Assembly (NCBI GenBank): GCA_039679675.1
Contig: JBDKUN010000050.1
Span: 60,687 to 124,686 of the forward strand
DNA from: Armatimonadota bacterium
Lineage (GTDB): Bacteria > Armatimonadota > UBA5829 > DTLH01
Direction: 5' to 3'
Length of the DNA: 64,000 nt
Part shown: piece by piece, positions 59,260 through 64,000 of the stretch
How positions within the stretch are numbered: the first letter of the stretch is position 1
Layout: every line of letters starts with the position of its first letter
The notes under the pieces: generated by a model
Seen by the model: the letters and a program-made list of their open reading frames with translations, nothing else
Database searches by the model: none
What the model was told of the DNA's origin: nothing
Made by a program: the position numbers and the translations under genes

Positions 59260-59799
59260 ATGCATGTAAAACTTAATCAAAATGGACATACCCTGATCGA
59301 GCTTCTTGTTGCAATGAGTATTACGGGGCTTATCTGTGCAGGAGCATTTGCCATGATGATAAGTTCCATGTCCTGTTTCGACGGCACTTCCACACAGACA
59401 TACACGGATATAGATGCCGTAATGGCGATGCAGATGATCGTAAACGATGTGCGGGAAGCCAAAAGCATCAATATTATCGCAAACGGCAAAAGGCTCAGGG
59501 TAATATTCCCTGTAAAACTGTCTGAAGGTTATTACGACCGTCATCAGGCAGATATGGCCAACCAGATCGATTACTATCTGTCCGATGAGACTGGTGTCCC
59601 AGGCCACAGCGGAAACTGGCTCTGGCGCGGCAAAAACAACAACAACCGTACCCCGCTCAAACGCAATGTCAATTCGCTTGAATTCGAACAGGACACATCC
59701 CGTTCGGTTAAAATCACGGTAACGACCCTGGAAAATTCAGCAAGCGGGCCCAAGACAACGAGCCTGACACAGCGGGTCGTCTACCTGAGGAACTACTAA
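59260..59799 (+). CDS. Type IV minor pilin/pseudopilin (PilW-like)
   Basis: NGHTLIELLVAM prepilin motif; C-terminal VYLRN. Confidence 0.82.
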   Translation: MHVKLNQNGHTLIELLVAMSITGLICAGAFAMMISSMSCFDGTSTQTYTDIDAVMAMQMIVNDVREAKSINIIANGKRLRVIFPVKLSEGYYDRHQADMANQIDYYLSDETGVPGHSGNWLWRGKNNNNRTPLKRNVNSLEFEQDTSRSVKITVTTLENSASGPKTTSLTQRVVYLRNY

Positions 59800-61334
59800 T
59801 GAATATAGCCAGAAATAAACACGGCGGTTCACTGGTCGTAGTCATATTGGCTATGTTCATGATAACTTCAGCCACCGTCGCTGTTCTTCTGGTGACTGCC
59901 AACTCCCTGCATCTAAACAACAGGCAGCGCGCTTCAGCAGAAGCGTTCAATGTCTCGGAATCAGGAGCAGAGGTAACGGCTCTCTGGCTGAAAAACCAGT
60001 CCTCTCCGCCGAATTATTCCTCGGCGTTCGACCCGTTCGGCGGAGCGCAATCAATGGGAAACGGAATCGATGGAACGTATCAGGTAACCATCTATCCCGG
60101 TTCCAATAATGATGCATCTTACTTGAAAATCTATAGGATCGTATCGGTCGGTACCGTACGCGGTGTATCGAAGACCATTGAAGTTGTCGTGAGGCAGGCA
60201 TCATTCGGGCGCTATGCGTATTTCACGGATAAAGAGACATCGAGCATATCCGGCGGAGAAATCTGGTGGAAAGCCGGCGAGGTAATAGACGGCCCTGTAC
60301 ACAGCAACAACAGCAACGGTTCCAACTTCAACATCAATTACAACGGCTCGACTTCTCCGATATTTCTGGACATGGTGACCGGGGCAGGCTCAAGTATCAA
60401 CTATACCCCAGGCAGGCCGAAGAAAGAGTCTGTTTTCAAGAACATCTTTCTAAATGGCAGCAAGGGGTTCAAACTTGGAGTCACTCCCATACCATTGCCT
60501 GCGTCTTCGGACACCCAGAAAAACGCGGCATGGGGTTCCCCGGCTGGATTTCCGCCTACAAACGGGGTTTATCTGAGGGCGGACTCTAGCGGAGGAATCT
60601 ATATCGCAGGTGACGCCGCGATACAACTTGCTGTAGACGCCAATAACAATCAGAAGTTCATCATAACACAGGGTTCAAATGTGACCACCGTCACGCTGGA
60701 CAAGTTTTCGCAGACGATAACCACAAGCGGCCCAATGGGATCAAGCAGCGTGACAAGCGCAGCTTCTTTGGGAAACGGAGTCATTTACTGCTCAGGAAAC
60801 ATCACATCTCTGAAGGGCGAAGTGGCTGACAATAAGGTAATCGACGATGATATCAGGATACATTCGTCCTTTACGATTTCTGCGGACGTGAACGCAGGCA
60901 AATATATAGGAGTATCGGACAACCTTGTCTATCACACCAGACCGGACAAGACTCTCGACAACGATGATCCCATAAACCTGGCTGCCGGGACACTGGGACT
61001 GGTTGCAAAAGACATCAAAATACTGTCCAGCGCGCCCAAAAACCTGGAAATCGACGCCGTATGTCTCGCGGGTGGGCAAAACACCACCTCCGGCAGTTTC
61101 TACGTCGAAAACTACGATACAAAAAAAACGACAGGCACTTTGACCGTTCTGGGAGGGATTATTCAGAAGTCGCGTGGGCCTGTAGGAACGTTCGATCCCG
61201 ATACAGGGAAAACAACAACCGGATATACTAAAAATTACAGTTATGATCCCCGGCTTGGAGCGGCTCCGCCGCCGTACTACCCGACTACCGGCCAGTACGA
61301 GCGCCTGTCATGGAGGCTTCTGCCGAATAAATGA
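59799..61334 (+). CDS. PilX-like / DUF4900 large minor pilin
   Basis: GGSL lacking E5; AFNVSESG, GPVHSN and GYTKNYSYDPRL..PPPYYP motifs. Confidence 0.78.
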   Translation: MNIARNKHGGSLVVVILAMFMITSATVAVLLVTANSLHLNNRQRASAEAFNVSESGAEVTALWLKNQSSPPNYSSAFDPFGGAQSMGNGIDGTYQVTIYPGSNNDASYLKIYRIVSVGTVRGVSKTIEVVVRQASFGRYAYFTDKETSSISGGEIWWKAGEVIDGPVHSNNSNGSNFNINYNGSTSPIFLDMVTGAGSSINYTPGRPKKESVFKNIFLNGSKGFKLGVTPIPLPASSDTQKNAAWGSPAGFPPTNGVYLRADSSGGIYIAGDAAIQLAVDANNNQKFIITQGSNVTTVTLDKFSQTITTSGPMGSSSVTSAASLGNGVIYCSGNITSLKGEVADNKVIDDDIRIHSSFTISADVNAGKYIGVSDNLVYHTRPDKTLDNDDPINLAAGTLGLVAKDIKILSSAPKNLEIDAVCLAGGQNTTSGSFYVENYDTKKTTGTLTVLGGIIQKSRGPVGTFDPDTGKTTTGYTKNYSYDPRLGAAPPPYYPTTGQYERLSWRLLPNK

Positions 61335-61347
61335 TAGATATTTCGAC

Positions 61348-62049
61348 CTACCGCGCTGTAGAGATACTCTCTATCTCCACCAGCACCGGCCGGTGATCGG
61401 ATGCGGGACTGTCTATGGCAGTTGCTGTTATTCCCTTCACATCAGGGGTTCCAAAAACGTAGTCGATCCTAGCTCGGAGATTGTCGACCGAATAAGTATT
61501 TTCCGGCTCGGCTGCATCTTTTACGAGATCATGCAGACCGGACTCGGAGAGAAGCCTCTGGACTGCGCCACCGGCCTCGATCTCATTCAAGTCGCCGCAA
61601 AAGACCGCGGGCGAACGGGCAACTCGCACAAAGGCTGCAGACTCACCCGCCTGTACCAACCGTTCGCCTGCATCGAGCCCAAAGTGGGTGCAGAAAATCG
61701 TAAAGTTAGTATCCGGGGCAGCTACCACCACTTCCATAAGCCCACGCTGTTCATCTTTGCTTGTCAGACTGTGGAATTTGGCACTTAACACCGGGTAATG
61801 TGAGAGGACGGCGTTACCGAAGCCCGCTGAGCCGATTACCAGGTTCGGTTGAAAAACGAACTCCATACCCAACCGCTCGCCGAGCCATCCGGCCTGGTCA
61901 GTGAGGCCACTTCTGGGCATTTTTCTATCGACTTCCTGAAGGCAGACGACCGAAGCGCCCGCCGCGCGGATTACATCAGCCACCCGTAAAATAGACCTCT
62001 TATCATCTATCCCCAGTCCCGCGCGGATATTGTAAGTCATCAACAGCAT
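61348..62049 (-). CDS. Endonuclease/exonuclease/phosphatase family protein
   Basis: TYNI, LQEVD, GNAVLS, GDLN, RIDY and SDHRP motifs. Confidence 0.9.
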   Translation of the reverse strand: MLLMTYNIRAGLGIDDKRSILRVADVIRAAGASVVCLQEVDRKMPRSGLTDQAGWLGERLGMEFVFQPNLVIGSAGFGNAVLSHYPVLSAKFHSLTSKDEQRGLMEVVVAAPDTNFTIFCTHFGLDAGERLVQAGESAAFVRVARSPAVFCGDLNEIEAGGAVQRLLSESGLHDLVKDAAEPENTYSVDNLRARIDYVFGTPDVKGITATAIDSPASDHRPVLVEIESISTAR

Positions 62050-62125
62050 TGCATAAATACCGGTCCAACCAAAACAAAGGCCGAAGACACTCAAGTCTCC
62101 GGCCTTCGGTCATTACAGATAACAG

Positions 62126-64000
62126 TTACATAGAAGTTGCTGAATCAACGGTCTCGGTAACACAACCGATCTTGGGATACCGTCTCCACACCTCTATTAC
62201 CCGCTTGAGCGATCTCATGATAAGGTCAGATGCTGCTTCTCTGGTTACAACGACGCCCTGCTTTTCAGCATGAAGCTCCATGTCGCGGCCAACCTGCGAC
62301 TGGGCGCAGATATTGAGCGCCAGAGGCAAATTCTTATCTTTGATAGTCCGCGCTATCTTCTCGATAGCGTCCACCTCACTCAGCTTCGTCGCCTTGCCGC
62401 CGGCATAGCTTGTCGTTGCGCGAGGCACGCTCATAAATACATGGAATATCCCAGGGCTTCCGATCATCTTCGAATGCTCCAGGATTGAAAGCAGCCCATC
62501 GAGCGTTACGGAACCGGTAAAATCGAATGGGTTCTGCGAGCAATCCGCAAATGGAGGCATGGAAACCTTTACCTTCTCGGTAAACTCGGTGGGAAGCTTC
62601 TCCAGAAGCTCCAGTCCGACTCGTTCCGCGGCATCTACGGACATGACACCCTTGCCGCCGCCAGTGCTGAGTATCACCGGCTTGCCGGTAGCCCTTGGCA
62701 TGGCATGGAGCATCCAGAGCACCAACCGGAGTTCTTCTTCATTCTTTACGATAGTTGCGCCGCCCTGCCTAAGAGCAGCCATCAGAGCATCAGCTCCGCT
62801 CGTAATCCGTCCGGTATGTGACGCAGCGCACTGTCTGCCCTTACTGCTGAGACCTGCAGGCAGGATTATAACGGGTTTGACACTACTGGCTTTCTTAAGC
62901 GCTTCTATGAAATAAGGGCCTTCTCCTTCTTTCAAGCCGCCTTCCAGATGGAGCACGATTATATCTACAGAGTCGTTTTCAGCTACACTATTGAAGAGTT
63001 CCGTAAAGCTGATTCCTGAGCCGTTTCCGAGAGAAAATATCTCATTTACAGGAATATTGCGGATACTCATGTACTCGCTGAACGTCTCCAGGCAAAGCCC
63101 GCCGCTCTGTGAGAAGAGCGCCATTTTCCCATGGACTTCGGGATATGCCGTCCGCTTTGGATCGAAGAATAGCGTGTTCAGACCGCTGCTGTAGACTCCC
63201 ACGCAGTTCGGGCCGATGTAAGGCATGGTACCGGCGCTCTCTTTAAGCTGCTGTTCCAGTTCCTTGTTACCCGTCTCGGCAAAGTCGCTCGATATAATGA
63301 TCGCGCCGGCTCCGCCTTTCTTGCTGAACTTTCCGACGATCTCAGGAGCGCTGGTGGGAAGCCCGGCATAGATCAAAAGATCACAGCCGTCCGGAACGTC
63401 ATCGACTATCTCCACTTCCTTTTGCCGCAGGTAATCGATTCCCTTACCGCTCGGCAGCATAACGCAGACATTTTTGACAATCTTTGAGACGTTATCAAAC
63501 AGCAATTGTCCCACCGAATTGCGAGAGGCCGATGCGATGACAACAAGGGCTTTTTTCGGCGCTTTGAAGACCTTCAGACTCCTGTTGGTGAAAAACTCAT
63601 GAGCCATGGGAACTGCGGGCTTCGTCTCGACTCTGGCATCGACCATATGTATCCCGTCGGGATCGACGAAGACCGGGTTCAGGTCGAGTTCCTGCACATC
63701 CGGGTTCTCATCCATCATCTGGGACAGATTGGAGATCAGTTCTGCTAGTGCCTTCAAGTCAGCCGGAGCTTCGCCCCTCGCGCCCATAATCTTGGCGGAG
63801 AGAGAATGCTCTTTTATCATAGAAAGAGCTTCTTCGGCAGTAATTCTTCCGACTCTTACAGATGGAGCTGCGACTTTTGCGGCTATTTCAGCATATTTAC
63901 CGCCTTCAGGAGTAAAGATGATCTGGAAGCCGAAGATCGGGTCTCTTTTCGCCCCGATCATCACTTCATGCCCGCCTCTTCCTTCCTGAAGAATAAAGCT
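62126..64000 (-). CDS. ADP-forming acetate/acyl-CoA ligase, ATP-grasp-first domain order (5' end beyond window)
   Basis: ELDLNPV...VDAR, then the CoA-binding domain, GPNCVG, SQSGG, AASHTG and NPFDFTG. Confidence 0.85.
   Translation of the reverse strand, partial: SFILQEGRGGHEVMIGAKRDPIFGFQIIFTPEGGKYAEIAAKVAAPSVRVGRITAEEALSMIKEHSLSAKIMGARGEAPADLKALAELISNLSQMMDENPDVQELDLNPVFVDPDGIHMVDARVETKPAVPMAHEFFTNRSLKVFKAPKKALVVIASASRNSVGQLLFDNVSKIVKNVCVMLPSGKGIDYLRQKEVEIVDDVPDGCDLLIYAGLPTSAPEIVGKFSKKGGAGAIIISSDFAETGNKELEQQLKESAGTMPYIGPNCVGVYSSGLNTLFFDPKRTAYPEVHGKMALFSQSGGLCLETFSEYMSIRNIPVNEIFSLGNGSGISFTELFNSVAENDSVDIIVLHLEGGLKEGEGPYFIEALKKASSVKPVIILPAGLSSKGRQCAASHTGRITSGADALMAALRQGGATIVKNEEELRLVLWMLHAMPRATGKPVILSTGGGKGVMSVDAAERVGLELLEKLPTEFTEKVKVSMPPFADCSQNPFDFTGSVTLDGLLSILEHSKMIGSPGIFHVFMSVPRATTSYAGGKATKLSEVDAIEKIARTIKDKNLPLALNICAQSQVGRDMELHAEKQGVVVTREAASDLIMRSLKRVIEVWRRYPKIGCVTETVDSATSM

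Overview
Bacterial chromosomal window. The organism is probably Armatimonadota or a related diderm Terrabacterium, inferred from an Omp85 protein, a DUF1559/H-X9-DG prepilin, many glycoside hydrolases and actinobacterial-type GlnR/HAIR regulation. Most of the window is housekeeping or metabolic: tsaBE, mnmG, clpB, pdp, glnA, a sugar-nucleotide cluster, a partner-switching module, lexA, minor pilins and an ADP-forming acyl-CoA ligase. The most interesting region is a ~9.7 kb head-only Mu-like particle module at 22256-31928. It encodes TerS, TerL, a DUF935 portal, a protease/scaffold, cement, a gpT capsid, two neck proteins, a holin and an M23 lysin, all as intact ORFs. It has no tail, integrase, repressor or replication genes. 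It carries the same REP-like palindromes as the rest of the window, is split by two antisense host-like genes, and is preceded by a near-consensus Cheo-type SOS box. It is a candidate domesticated GTA-like or tail-less capsid system. A second accessory locus (7845-10523) is bracketed by ~50 bp direct repeats. It carries a Hint-processed polymorphic toxin, two candidate immunity genes and a tmRNA remnant trimmed at both ends by palindromic repeats. All functional calls come from motif recognition by eye; no database search was run.
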